A DNA stretch of 64,000 nucleotides from Octopus sinensis. Its lineage: Eukaryota. Where the stretch lies: the NCBI RefSeq assembly GCF_006345805.1, contig NC_043002.1:61194001-61258000 (forward strand), written 5' to 3'. Below, one piece after another: positions 13,245 through 27,500 of the stretch. How positions within the stretch are numbered: the stretch's first letter is position 1; every line of letters starts with the position of its first letter. Under the pieces are notes generated by a model that worked only from the letters and a program-made list of their open reading frames with translations, was not told the origin of the DNA and searched no databases. Both the position numbers and the translations under genes were made by a program.

Positions 13245-13495
13245 TATATATTTGCCATCTAAATGTGGTGGTCCTCCAGAAGACGGTGGTAATGTTTTTA
13301 GCTCCAGGAAGACATCGCCTTCAGCTGGCCAACGACACACATTTTGTGTCCGATTAGTATTTGTGAGGGAAGTCATACTAATCGGACACAGACTCGTTGT
13401 CGTTGGCCAGTTGGAGAAGACTAATTCTTAGGGCTAAAAACAACAGTAACACCGTCCTGTGTAGGGCCGCCACATTTAGTTAGAAAATATATTTT
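13245..13495. mobile_element. Fold-back (MITE-like) element, ~250-bp imperfect palindrome
   Basis: Nested inverted pairs CTAAATGTGG/CCACATTTAG, GACGGTG/CACCGTC, TGTTTTTAGC/GCTAAAAACA, CTGGCCAACGACA/TGTCGTTGGCCAG and TGTGTCCGATTAGTAT/ATACTAATCGGACACA. Confidence 0.8.
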
Positions 13496-14459
13496 TACGA
13501 TTCCGTACTGTTACTGTTTATCTCTCGCTCAGAGATTTAATGTAACTTATCTCTCTCTTTATATACACCATTGTCAGCAGTCCGTCGTAGCTCGATGTTA
13601 AATGTCTCACATGAAGACTATGCATTTTTTGTATGCTTGTATTTTTATTGTATTTTTTATATTATGTAGTTTCAGATTTTACGGAGTTCAAATACGGATT
13701 ACGCATGTAAGTGATCAAGACCACAACAGGACCATTGAACATGATTCCGGTTAATTGCAAGTTTGAAATCCAGCAATTTTAAGCTGAGAATAGTGCCGTT
13801 TGAGTTTATGGGCTCAGTGAACACTTGCGCAAGGTCCTCATGCGTCTAGAAGTCCTGTTTTAATCCATATATGCTATGATCAGCTATCATTAAAATGTAC
13901 AGGGCCCAGTGCTTTCACTTGTCCAAGGATCTATAAAGTTCCCAGGACGGATTCGGATGGGGGTGGGGCAAGTCGTTAGTTACGGTCTCAGTACATGATT
14001 GCTATCATATCTTATTTACTTGCTAGGGATAACGATCAAAATTAACCTTAGTGATTAAGAATGTAAACAGCCGGAAAAAATGACACTAAGCAATTTGTCC
14101 GATGGCCTAACGAGTCTGCAATCTCGCCATTTTGCATATTTTTTACGTAACTAAGTCACTGATAAACACAAAAACAAAACACTCACTGCTTACTTATATA
14201 CACACAATTAAGAATGCGTGCATAAATTATTAGGTGGCAAGGGAGGTGATTTAAAAAGTCCACTTTATACTACACGCCTTGGCAGCTCAAGCTACGAATG
14301 ATTGTGCGAGGACTGGATACTGAAATCAGGAAAAAACAACATCAACAAAGAAACCAGACATACCTTGTACGAATGTGCAACAAATCGTAAGACTTTTTCA
14401 GTCAATATGCTGAATTTGAATAACTCTTAGATATATCACGAAGTGATGTTAGGAATATG

Positions 14460-14830
14460 GAGCCGATGAGTCGGGGCAGAGCTGATACTTGGTGGTGGGA
14501 TTCGCTTCCAACTTCAACTTGCGTGTCGCAACCAGCAATCGATGAACGGTATTGCCGAGTGAAGCCTTTCTATAGACCCGACAGTTAGTGACAAATGATC
14601 TCCAGTTGCAGGAGATGTGGGTGTGGTCGATCGCCTTTCGAGTGTAGCCATCCTGACTCTACCAAGTCCAGTGATGGATAAGTTTGCAGAGGATGGATGA
14701 GATTGTGTTGGTGATAGAGATATTTCTTCAACGAAATAGGAACAACAGGAAGAGGTGATGGTAGCTTTGGCATACTATAGGATAACTATAATGTCGGAGG
14801 GACTTAGGTAACAATAATTGTCTTGACACT
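14460..14830 (-). mobile_element. Degenerate RTE LINE, APE endonuclease C-terminal half
   Basis: Manual translation: LSPSDIIVIL*YAKATIT (GDxNA region)..HHWTW*SQDGYTRKAIDHTHISCNWRSFVTNCRVYRKASLGNTVHRLLVATRKLKL. Confidence 0.75.
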
Positions 14831-15422
14831 TGCCTTACTGAGGCTTGCATATTCCGTAGATCTGAGTGTTATTGCCTGGGGCTTTGCTCCTTGTAGGGCC
14901 ACCCTGGTTGCGCCGATTTTCAGGAGATATTCCAAATTAACAGTGAAACGCGGTGCGTTGGGTCGTCACGAAGATGGTAGCCCCATCAACTGACCATTCT
15001 GCGGTGGACCAATATCCCACTCAGAAGAACTCTCAAGGTGTTACGGCACAGACCATAAAAACATGGACTGATTAACATTGGAATGGACACTTACGTAACC
15101 CCGACCATCGAGAAACCAACTTACGCTACAAAATTCGTGTGTTGCCACATGGAATGTTATGTTGCTCTTTCAGCCCGAAGCAACCAGTCTGCTGTCTCGA
15201 GAGCTATCTCTCTACAACATCAACCTGGAGGTATTCTGAGAGACATCGTTGGCTTGGCAATGGCAAATTCGTCGCAGGAGACCATTACCTCATCTGGAGG
15301 TAGGACGGGAAGGGCCTCTACAGCATTGCATTAGACATTCCTAAGTACAACCGCAATACGTTCATCGTCTAGAATCCGGTCAACGACCGTTTGCTCTCCG
15401 CCTGTTTTCTCCTCCGTCACGG

Positions 15423-15427
<5 letters not shown>
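14831..15427 (+). mobile_element. Degenerate RTE LINE, putative 5'UTR and APE N-terminal half
   Basis: From ~15141: VATWNVMLLFQPEATSLLSRELSLYNINLEVF*ET/RWLGNGKF..HYLIWR..NPVNDRLLSACF; ends at (CT)n. Confidence 0.75.
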
Positions 15428-15514
<87 letters not shown>

Positions 15515-15688
15515 GTTAGAGGGAAACCACCATGTGGACACACTTATGGTTTCCCTCTAATATGTATATAATACAATTTTATTGAACCATCAGACCACTG
15601 GTATGAAATCGATGTTAATTAAATTAATATCTAATTTCTCACCCTCATTTTAAATATATATCTATGTCTATATCTATCTATATATATA

Positions 15689-15800
15689 TTGGCCTGCTCG
15701 CTTAGCCAGTGGGGTGGCGTCATTTGAAGGTTAAAACAATGTGAAGCGCATTGTGACCAGCGATGTGTAGCAACATCCGATAGCCTGGTCAGTCACGGTG

Positions 15801-15802
<2 letters not shown>
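15689..15802 (+). mobile_element. 3' fragment of the SINE at 57678-57953
   Basis: TTGGCCTGCTCGCTTAGCCAG..GGGGTGGCGTCATT..GCATTGTGACCA..GATGTGTAGCAACA is shared. Confidence 0.8.
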
Positions 15803-15860
<58 letters not shown>

Positions 15861-17075
15861 TCTCTGTATGTATGTCTCTATGTATGTATGTATGTATGTA
15901 CGTATGTATGTATGTATGTATGTCTACCTGCGTCTGTGATTCGATATACGTATACTTCACAGTTTCACCAGAGGGAAAGGTAGAAAGAAGAGGAAATGAT
16001 TCTGTATGGCAATAATAATACAATGTAAAATAGCGATACAGTATCAACTGTTCAACTGTCTTAGCGCGGCCGAATTAAAGAAATCAAACTCCAAATACAA
16101 AGCAGTCCAATATGTAGTAAGTTTCAACAGCAGCAAAAAAAAAAAAGTAGAGCAAATCCCCGAGGCCTATTAAATATTGTGTGAAGCTAAGTTTCAAACA
16201 GTTGCAAAGGAATTATGTGACCGGACATGTCACAAGAGTGCGTAGGATATATTTATACGTCAAGAAATAAATGAAATGTGAATATAACTGATTTTGTGTA
16301 CATCTAGATATTTACTATTGTTCGTCCCCTGTGTAAATGTCGTAAAAAACAAACCGCCTACAAACTTTTGAAATTATATTAATCCAGATTGATTTAGTAG
16401 AATATAACCCAAGTATATCTACATCACTATGGAGTAGAGATAAAGCTCTACTGCACTACGATTTATTAGGTTTTTCAAATTAATATTCAATAAAACAAAC
16501 AAAAAATCGTGGCGAAAAGACCTATTCCTCACTGTATCGGGCAGAATGCATATCGGCATTTTGTTGGTCTTTACTTCTGAGTTCAAATACTGGTGGGGTC
16601 GATTTTGCCTTTCATCCTTTCGGGGTTGATAAAATACATACCCGTGGAGAACAGGGGTCGATATAATCGATTAGCCTTGCCAAAATTTAGAACCGATATT
16701 CAATAAAAAAAAAAAAAACCCATAACATTTGAGTATCAGCTAAAGTATTTAAATATAGAAGACAATTTGGCTTTTGATAAAATGACAGCAGAACTATACT
16801 TCTTGTCAACAATGTTTGCACATCCATGTGGATCATCGGAATATGAATCATTTACATGAATACGAGCTAGAACGTTTTCATAGGTCCGGGCATGTTTCGA
16901 CCTACGTTTTTCAACGGAAACAAATAAGAGAAAACAAAGAAACAATGAAAAAAATATTGTAGTATTCAGCGATGCATCATAGCGAATATACATACATACA
17001 TAAATACATACATGCATACATACAAACATACATACAAACGTACATACATACAGACATACATACACACACTCACAT

Positions 17076-17141
<66 letters not shown>

Positions 17142-17775
17142 TATATATATATCTACATATATATGATATAAATGATATATAAATACATGCATATATACTT
17201 GCATATATGTGCATACATACATTAGTATATATACATGCATATATGTGTACAGGGCATGAAAAAACGTCAACAAAATAGGAAACGGGAACATAAGAAAACA
17301 TAGAAAACTAACTTTTTTTCGAACAACGAAAGAAACAAATAGAGAAACGAGACAGGCGAAGTAAAGAGCATTCCCTTCGTCACTTGTCTCCTGTTTTATC
17401 TACTCCACGTTTCGAAGGTAGCGGCAAGACGGGACTTCGTTAAAACAGTCCTTCCCGCAAATCAAATTAAATAAAGTGTTAACAAAAACAGGATAGTAAG
17501 TACAAAACAGTACAAGCAAACTGAGCGGGCTGTTAAACCAAGACGATGTGAAGAGGGGAACGCTGGGAAAACGGGCTTTGAGAAGAAGCAGGCAAAAGCA
17601 CGTATTGTCTTTAGGAAGGAATGGAAGAAAGGAAGGTAGATAACCGTTGGTCAAGTGTGATATATATATATATATATAGATATATATCTAACACATGTAT
17701 ATATATGTATGTATATTCTTCTTCTGCTTCTTCTTCTTCTTCTTCTTCTTCTTCTTCTTCTCATTATTATCATCA

Positions 17776-17810
<35 letters not shown>

Positions 17811-20800
17811 TACTTCGCTGAGCCATACTGATACAAATAATTTGGTGTTAGTTTTCAATACACATATGGCCCCGAACATATTGTCTGTCGAATAAAGCGC
17901 AATAATAAGAGATCAAAATTACAATGTATTAGAGAATACGTCATGGAGACCTTTTGTTTAGTAATGTTTCTGCCATAAGTTGCAATTCCTTCTTAGATGA
18001 ATGTTCGTCTATAACTTTATAGCTGCATCGAATCACTGTGTCTATGGTAGTAATGATTAGAAGTAAACAAAATTGTACATGTTTCGTTACATAAAGAGAC
18101 AGGCACAAATAGCATCGAAAATGACTCGCTAACTATAAGTATGACTTGCCGTAATGTTGCCACCATTACAATTCCCCGTTAACAATGCTCATCTGATTTC
18201 AGCATATGTTGGAGATGCAGTGAGGCAAGGAAACGCCAGAATTCCAATTATGTTGAGTAGTGATAGGTAGTTACTCTCCGATTCCAATTAGATAAGTGCG
18301 GTTTACCTCGACTGACAAGCACGAAAGTGAAATGCTACGAAAAACCGACTTTATCTGATGAAATGACTGATGTGATGAGCCGCTGTGCGAGGCATGTCCT
18401 ACCGGGATTAGTTCTTCCTCCTTACCAACCCTTCTCTATTTATTTATGTCAGACTTGTTCATTATTATCTTAGTACACCTCTACTGAAGATAACAACCAA
18501 TTGAAAGCATTTCCATTCAACTGCGAAACTGCGGTGGAAATATCTGCCAAAGCGGAACAATGTAAAATATTTCACGCTATTAACTCCGCTCAGTTGGCAA
18601 GACACTGACTCTTTTTACCGTTATTGTTGTAACACACACAAATCTGTCGAAACTTTAGTAAATTTATCCACAACGGACTCTTCTTCGTGCGACACAACGA
18701 AGAACGTGTCTGGAATACTTTATATTTTGGCGAAGCGTTGCTCGATATAGATTTAAAAAAAAAAACATGTATTCGGCCTGGTAGCAACCAATAACTCACA
18801 GCTGTTCTAAAACAAGAAGATGGGCGTTTCGTCTTGAAAGCAGGCTCGGTTCAAAGTGCAACCGTATTTGCATAGTGTTCCAATTAAATTTTCACCTAAA
18901 GAAACTGTTTAAAATCGAGAGCTCGGTCAATAAGGGATGTTGTCTTTCCACTCTACTCTCTATTTCAGCATTAAAGCCTGTGTTGTAGACGGCATACTCA
19001 TTCAGTGTCTTCCCGCTGAAACGGGATCTCATGATAGCTTTGTCTACCTACTGGATGTCGTAACTTCATGGTGTCAGAATCCACAGATGTAGCAGTGATA
19101 ATGTATGGGAAGACACGTGAACGAGAAAAGGTCTTGTAAAACTGTGCAAATTAATTGAAAGTATGAATAAGATATTTCTATTAATACATATTCCAAATTA
19201 TGTGAATGTAAGAAAATGTCTATATACCTGTGTGTTTTCAGCGTATATTTTGTAAGTAAATGTAATATATCAATTGAGATTTTCTGTTATCGCTTATCAA
19301 TTGAATTCCGTAGTATTTTGGACAAAATGAATCCAAATTGCAATTAATTTGCATTGTTATAAATGCTACTCCAATAATTTAGAAACCCCTGTCCTAAACA
19401 TTTTCGAGCTTTCTATAAGTTACAAATCAATATTCTTAATTTGATATTTAAATTCAATATGATATTATAAGTTAAACAGCTTCCATTGAATTAAACAATA
19501 AATATTCCTCATTAAATATTATTGTAGCTTCCATTGCAAATGAATGTTATATTTCTCTGCTTTAGAATGGAATTATAATGAAACAAGCTATCAAATGTAG
19601 TTAATTTTAACAATGTTCATTGGCGATTATATTTGAAAATTCAACAGAACTGGAAACATTACAAAAGCAACCAGGATGTTACAGGAATATGTCAGACTCA
19701 CTGAGTTGTGTAATTTCATGAACAAAAATTAACAAAAAATACGGGAAAATAGTCAGCGTGTTCTTAACACGAATCTACTTATATTTCTAACAGTTAGTTT
19801 GCCCTGGTGGCTACTTATTGTAAAGCAGATAATCACTTCTAGATCAAATTAGAAGTATGAATTTCAAATCAAAAAGCAACAAAATCAATTCCTAGAATAC
19901 ACTTAAATATGTTTTTCTCTTTCGTATTAGAAAGATCTTAAAATTTCTAGTCATAAGTATTCCTGTATAACGCTATTTCAAATAAATAACATATTTAGAT
20001 ATTTAAAATGTCAAATATAGCATGAATGGTTTTATGCTATTGAAATAAAAGTGAATAGAGGGACAAGCTTAACGTCTTATCACTAAAGCCCCATATAAAA
20101 TTTAAGGGTTAATTATTGTTTAATATTACAAAATGCATCAAGGAGGCGAGCTTGCAAATTCGTTAGAATGTCAGGTAAACTGGCGGCATTTTGTACATCG
20201 TTATCTTCAGAGTTCGAAGGTTGACTTTACCTGTCGTTGTCGATAAAATAAGTATCAGATTTGCACCGGGGTCGATGTAATTGACCTTCTACTTCGCCCG
20301 AACTGGCGGGCCTTTTGCCAAAGTTTGAGCCTAGTATTACAAAATGCATTATAATATTTACGCTACACTGATGATAATTTAAATTTACTAGCAAATATCG
20401 TGTCTGAGACAAACCGTATCATTACAAATACGCACACAAACATAAACACTTACATATAACCATATATAATGGGAAAAAACTTTTATTCAAGCACTACCAA
20501 GTGAGGCTTTTTGGCTAGCTTGCAAAAATAGCTAACATTGCTTAAGGATCAGGTGCTTTCGATATTCGGGATTAGACAACAGCAAAAACAATACACTACA
20601 AAACAAAACAAAGACTCAACATCACAAATGGTTGTTTTACAAACTTACAAAAATGTATTTAGATATGAAACTTTTAATCCGAAATGACTACCGAAGCCTG
20701 GTGAGCCATAATAGAGCAATAATAAAGCAGTGTTAGTGGAAGAAACCGAAATAAAAGATATGTGAGTAAGAACAGAGTGTGGGAATCCTACATGTTATGT

Positions 20801-21444
20801 TGCAACTGTCGGATGAGATTACCTTTAGACAAATCTAAATTGTTGTACCCCTATAAATCCATATTTAGCTTCTAAAAACAATATGGGTATCTTCACAACT
20901 TAAAATTAAACTGCCTAAATTATAATTTAATTAATTTAGAGTAAATTTGATCTTTCACTTCAATGCTAAATCTTCCTGATAACCCTAATTTTAAACTTTA
21001 TACTATAATGACATATTGTTTAAAATAGTTTTAAAGTGTTCTGTCCTCTTAATTTTGGTATTTATATCGGCTATATAGAAAAATCCCTTCTAATTATGTA
21101 CCCCTAATAAGCTGTAATATCATGTATGGATTAACACAAATAGCTTTTAAAATCTATATTATACCTCTTAATTTAATAATATTATGTAATTAGCATGTCT
21201 TTTTAACTACAATTATTCTTTTAACCAATACCGGGTTTTTGTCCTGATTATAATTAAGATAAATAAGTTAATTAACAATTTTTAGTTCATAATACTTGAA
21301 TTATTATACGTTTTCTATAAATACTTGCTACTGAGGTTAATAAGGTATGGATATTTTATTGGGGTTTTAGTGATTAGGCTGTTTTTATTCCTTTTCTATG
21401 ATGCTCTACCCGAACTGATTAACAACAACAACAACAACAACGAT

Positions 21445-21588
21445 AATAATAATATTCAAGTCACTGCATGGAATATAACTCGGAATCTTTGGTTTAGTAG
21501 CCGTACGCCACGTGCATATCGAGTAGTGGTTAAGAGCACGGTCTACTAATCCCAACGTTCTGAGTTATTCTCCAGGCAGTGACCTGAA

Positions 21589-21671
<83 letters not shown>

Positions 21672-21795
21672 TCGAAAAATATACCAGGAATGAGATTTCA
21701 GGTTCGAAATTCCTTCAAGACACTTGATGAAGGCTGAAACGTTTTGTTAACAACAAACAAGAGAAATATCCGTGAAATGTAAATAATGTAATATA
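21445..21795 (+). mobile_element. Chimeric repeat: inverted pair of tRNA-like heads, (TTA)n(TAA)n, and Penelope-like tail with decayed hammerhead
   Basis: Head GTAGTGGTTAAGAGCACGG..CTGAGTTATTCTCCAGGCAGTGACCTGAAT with an inverted copy at 21451-21508. The tail 21667-21795 matches the reverse complement of 3735-3885 and contains GACAC-TTGATGA-AGGCT-GAAACGTT. Confidence 0.6.
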
Positions 21796-22065
21796 CATAT
21801 TTCCACATTTCTCAACTATAGAATAGTACAGTCCACATCTCGATTCTTATGCTATGTTAAGCAAATCTCTGTTTTAGTTTGTATAAAATAAATGCCTATT
21901 GTAAGCAGTTGCATTTTCCTGTACAATTGCATTCTACTAACTTGTGTCTGCAGGGGAGCTGCAGATAGCAACCCTAGATCCCTGGACCCACTTTAATTTG
22001 CCACACACACATACTTACACATACACACACACATATATATATATGCACATACGTATATATACATG

Positions 22066-22097
<32 letters not shown>

Positions 22098-22344
22098 AGT
22101 ATGTATGTATAGGCTCAAGAAAGGGTAGATACAAATGTTGGAAAGATAGGTAGATAGATAGATAGATAAATAACATATGACCTGAAGTGAACAGTCACAC
22201 GCATGCAGGCATATTTTATGTGCTTATACACATACATACATATAAATAAAATGTAATTGAAAGTGAAAGAATCACGAATATTTAAATTCAAATATTTTGC
22301 AAATATCTAATTACATTATGAAGAACCAATTTTATTATTTCTTC

Positions 22345-23219
22345 TCTATTCAGTGTGTATACAGTCTGTCTTGCCGTTGTGGGCTTCCTAAAACATGTTT
22401 TCTTAAAATTTGCGCGAAATGCTCTGCTTCTGATCATATAGCAGTTAAAGTTGAAGCAATGGTTAATCAGTTACAACGTATTCAACATAAGATAGTTTTT
22501 GAAATTAATTTTAAATTCTATCTATGTCATTACGAAAATAAAAATTATGTAGGAGATGGTGTTAGCAAAAACAAAACATTCATGGAAATTACCACGTAAA
22601 TATTGGTCCGACGCTGTTGTGAGATGTTGCGTTGCGTGTGGTGTCCGAGGTTCTGTCTTTTGATTAGCCTATATATCAATGCATCAGAACTGGTGATTAA
22701 AATCACCGCTGGGACAAACGAATTAATGGCAAATGATATGTTCCATTGAAGCTTGAAAATTTTTCTCAATATTGTATCTAAAGTATGTATTATAGAAACT
22801 GAAATAAGAAGAACGAACACAACGCTATATGGTTTGTAAACATTAGAAAAATGTAGCCGGGAAAGCAGTTTGAAAGCTGCCAGCAAACGCTCTAGTGTTA
22901 CAACTACAAATAACCACGAGGAAAAAATAACGCTTTGACAGAGTCTGCATTGTGAAAAATAAAAGTATAATATATGTATTTATTGGAAAGAAGTCATACT
23001 ATGCCCAAGTCTACAGAAACTAAAGTTATGACGTATGGAGCAATTTTAGACTGACGCATTGCTTTTCTGCAAAATATTACAATCCCTGTTAAATTACAGA
23101 AACGTCCATATATAATTAACATTATGCAAACATACCGTACAGTAAGAATTGTACTTACGTTCATATGACTGCTTATGACGATACTGTTTAGCATTGTCTG
23201 ATCTTGGACATATGTCCAA
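22345..23219 (-). pseudogene. GPCR pseudogene (paralogue of 35548-36480)
   Basis: ORF fragments 22994-23194 (STILTVRY..VIFCRKAMRQSKIAPY..VDL) and 22545-22886 (YKPY..SFVPAVIL..VVISMNVLFLLT) align to the intact receptor. Start codon is TTG; stops and deletions are present. Confidence 0.9.
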
Positions 23220-23258
23220 GGAAATCTATAAAGTTAAAGAAAATACTTAATCTGTGTG

Positions 23259-23311
<53 letters not shown>

Positions 23312-23334
23312 TATATATATATTTTAATCCAAAC

Positions 23335-23527
23335 ATGAAAACACAAAGAACACAACAACGCGAGGACGTGGAACAAGTATAGTATTATTGGACGCTCAGG
23401 AAAGAACGAAAGAAGGAGGGTTTAACATTTCGAGCGGAGCTCTTCGTCAGAAACATAGGAAAAGGAAAGATCGAAAGAAAAGAAGACGGAGGAAAAAAAT
23501 CGCCAACGGTACACACGAGGTCACATT
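23335..23527 (-). mobile_element. Short Penelope-like non-coding repeat with hammerhead, flanked by (TA)n
   Basis: Contains the hammerhead at 23420-23454; no meaningful ORF. Confidence 0.55.
23420..23454 (-). ncRNA. Minimal type I hammerhead ribozyme motif
   Basis: Minus strand reads GTTT-CTGACGA-A-GAGC(TCC)GCTC-GAAA-TG-TT-AAAC. Stems I and II are perfect; stem III shows CG>TG. Confidence 0.7.
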
Positions 23528-24169
23528 TTATATATATATTACAAAGGCAGACCAGTTTATATCTAAATAAATTGTCGAAAAGAGAATGTGTTCTCGTGTT
23601 TATGTTACAATTTTTTTTGCAGGTATTAATTAGATCTGGCTTAGATTTCTATACTGTCCATTAACTCTGAATATGCTTTCTATGTTGAATATGTTATTCC
23701 AACTTGGTTACATGCAATCATTTACTTTGTGCTCACAGTAATATAGAGATGATAATCCGGTTTGTAGTTTGAAACCTAGAAGACCGTTTACGAAACATAA
23801 ATCGTAAAGTTCATGTGTATCTTATTTAAGGCGAACTGCTATTGAAATAAATAATTTGAGACAGGATTATAAGAAATGAAACAAACAAGTAACAAAGTAA
23901 AGAGAGATTTTAAAAAGACGATGTATCTCCATATGATATTAACATATTGAATATATAAAACAAGAAATATCTAATAAACTAATAAAAATAAAATCTAATG
24001 TTCTATGCTACCCGAAAATGAGGGGCTTAAATACACTTACTTTACATGAAATAATTCCATTTGAATACCACGCAACTGAATTACGTATTCTACTGTCAGA
24101 TCCTAGTCATCAATATTATATTCGCACAATCGCGAATCTGAAACAAACTGTTAGTCCCTCTCATTTATT

Positions 24170-25637
<1,468 letters not shown>

Positions 25638-26287
25638 TTGTGAGCATATTAGACATAAATCCGGTTTTACCTGACCTCCGTTTAATAAAGTAATTGTATA
25701 CATAAAGGGTTAATAGTGAGTCTTTCAGCTAATGTAAATACGACACGAATATTATGTTATTGATTAGGACCACGGTTTTACTAACATATCATCATAGTGA
25801 TAATATTAATCATTATCAATGTCATCATCATCATCATCATCATCATTGTCGTCGTCACCATCATTATCAGCAGCATCGTTATAATGATCTTCTTCATTAT
25901 CATTGTCACCTTTATATAAAAAAAATACTACCATCACCGTTATTAGCGTCGTCATTATTAATGTTGAGCTGGCAGGCTGGTTGGGCAGGCAGGGTAAAAT
26001 GCTTAGCGGCATTTCGTTCTACCTTATGTTCCGAGTTCAAATTGTACCGAGGTCGACTGTGCCATTTATCCTTTGCAGGTCAACAAAATAAGTGTCAGTT
26101 GAACGCTGTGGACTTATACCCCTCCCACAAAATCGCTGGCCTTCCATCGCAAATTGAAATCAATATTATTATGAAGAAGCTAGCTTCCGAACCACATGGT
26201 TCCGGGTTCAGTCCCACTGCTTGGCACCTTAGACAAGTGTCGTCCACTATAGCCGATGTGGTAGACGAATATTTAAAGAAACCCATC

Positions 26288-26344
<57 letters not shown>

Positions 26345-26763
26345 GTATAATGGCGAAATCATTTACTAATGGAAAGTAAGAAACATTTAAGCCCCATATA
26401 TTAAAGTTGCAAAAAATATTAGAACAAACGAACAATACATTCAACAAGACATTCAACCTCAACCGACAGTCCACTACAAATCCAGTCAATAACCATAATA
26501 ATAATAATAACAATAACGATCAAATTATTTAGAAAAATTATTATTATTTTTATAAAGGAATCTACTTTGAGAATTAATTTTGTTAGACAAATATATTTTA
26601 ATAATTAGGTGATATATTTATTAAGTAGTTTTGTTTTCTAATTTATATATATATATACTATAGTTTGTGAAATTTGATTTAGTATTTCTTAATTTAATTT
26701 TTCTCTGTAAGTTAGGAATAATATTCCCTCAAATTATTATCATTACACACACACACATACATG

Positions 26764-26831
<68 letters not shown>

Positions 26832-26836
<5 letters not shown>

Positions 26837-27500
26837 ATATTAATTCAACTTATGACGAAAGTGAACAAAGTTTGCTTTAGATACGTTGAGATGTACATAA
26901 GGAATAATTTTATCCTCAAACTAAGGATTCTAAAACGAAGGATAAAGCTAATGTTGCATGAACAAGATAAACTAGCCATATTTTGCAAAAGATTCCGTCT
27001 CGATCTCACATCTCTCTGAATACGCGTCAAGGGCTTTACCATTAAGCTAAATCGCCTAGCGACAAATTCTTCTGCAATTTTAGGATATATAAATCTAGGC
27101 TTACAAAACGCTATCGTACGCTAAATTCAACAAATAAAGTTTGCTTTAGAAGCCTTGAGATGAACTGAAAGACATAGGTAAGTCATCTTGTTCATGCTAT
27201 ATTATTAGCATAATTCTTATTTTGAGAATAGAACTATTTCCTTATCCTTCAACATATTTCAACATTTACAAAGCAAACTTTGTTGACTTCCACAATAAGA
27301 TGAATTGAACGCACGATAGCCTCTTGTAAAACTAGATAGGTATATACTAAATTTGCAGAATAATTTGTCGCTGGGCAGTTTAGCTTAATGGTAAAGCACT
27401 TGACGCGTAATCACAGAGATGTGAGTTTGAGTCTCATGGCTTGCTGCCGAAAACTAAAGATTTTTCGGCAAAATACGGATAGTTTATCCTGTTCATGCTT
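26832..27500. mobile_element. Inverted pair of ~300-nt terminally redundant repeat units, each carrying a tRNA-like module
   Basis: The plus unit repeats ATC(T/C)TGTTCATGC at ~27186 and ~27487. The minus unit 27165->26832 repeats CTAAAGCAAACTTT. Both contain TTTAGCTTAATGGTAAAGC.CTTGACGCGTA.TCA.AGAGATGTGAG. Confidence 0.7.
27374..27448 (+). pseudogene. tRNA-like sequence (Thr-CGT-like), repeat-borne, probably non-functional
   Basis: Acceptor GGCAG/CTGCC, D-arm GCTT-AATGGT-AAAGC, loop CGCGTAA, T-arm GTGAG-TTTGAGT-CTCAT. Extra bases and a TTTG T-loop argue against function. Confidence 0.5.

Noticed and set aside
20775-21420. NUMT or decayed Penelope RT in AT-rich sequence
   Set aside because: No recognisable mitochondrial gene; only a faint LINLSSK motif. 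This would need a BLASTX search.
25754-26341. 195-aa His-rich ORF
   Set aside because: It is a read-through of a (CAT)n tract, two SINEs and (TA)n.
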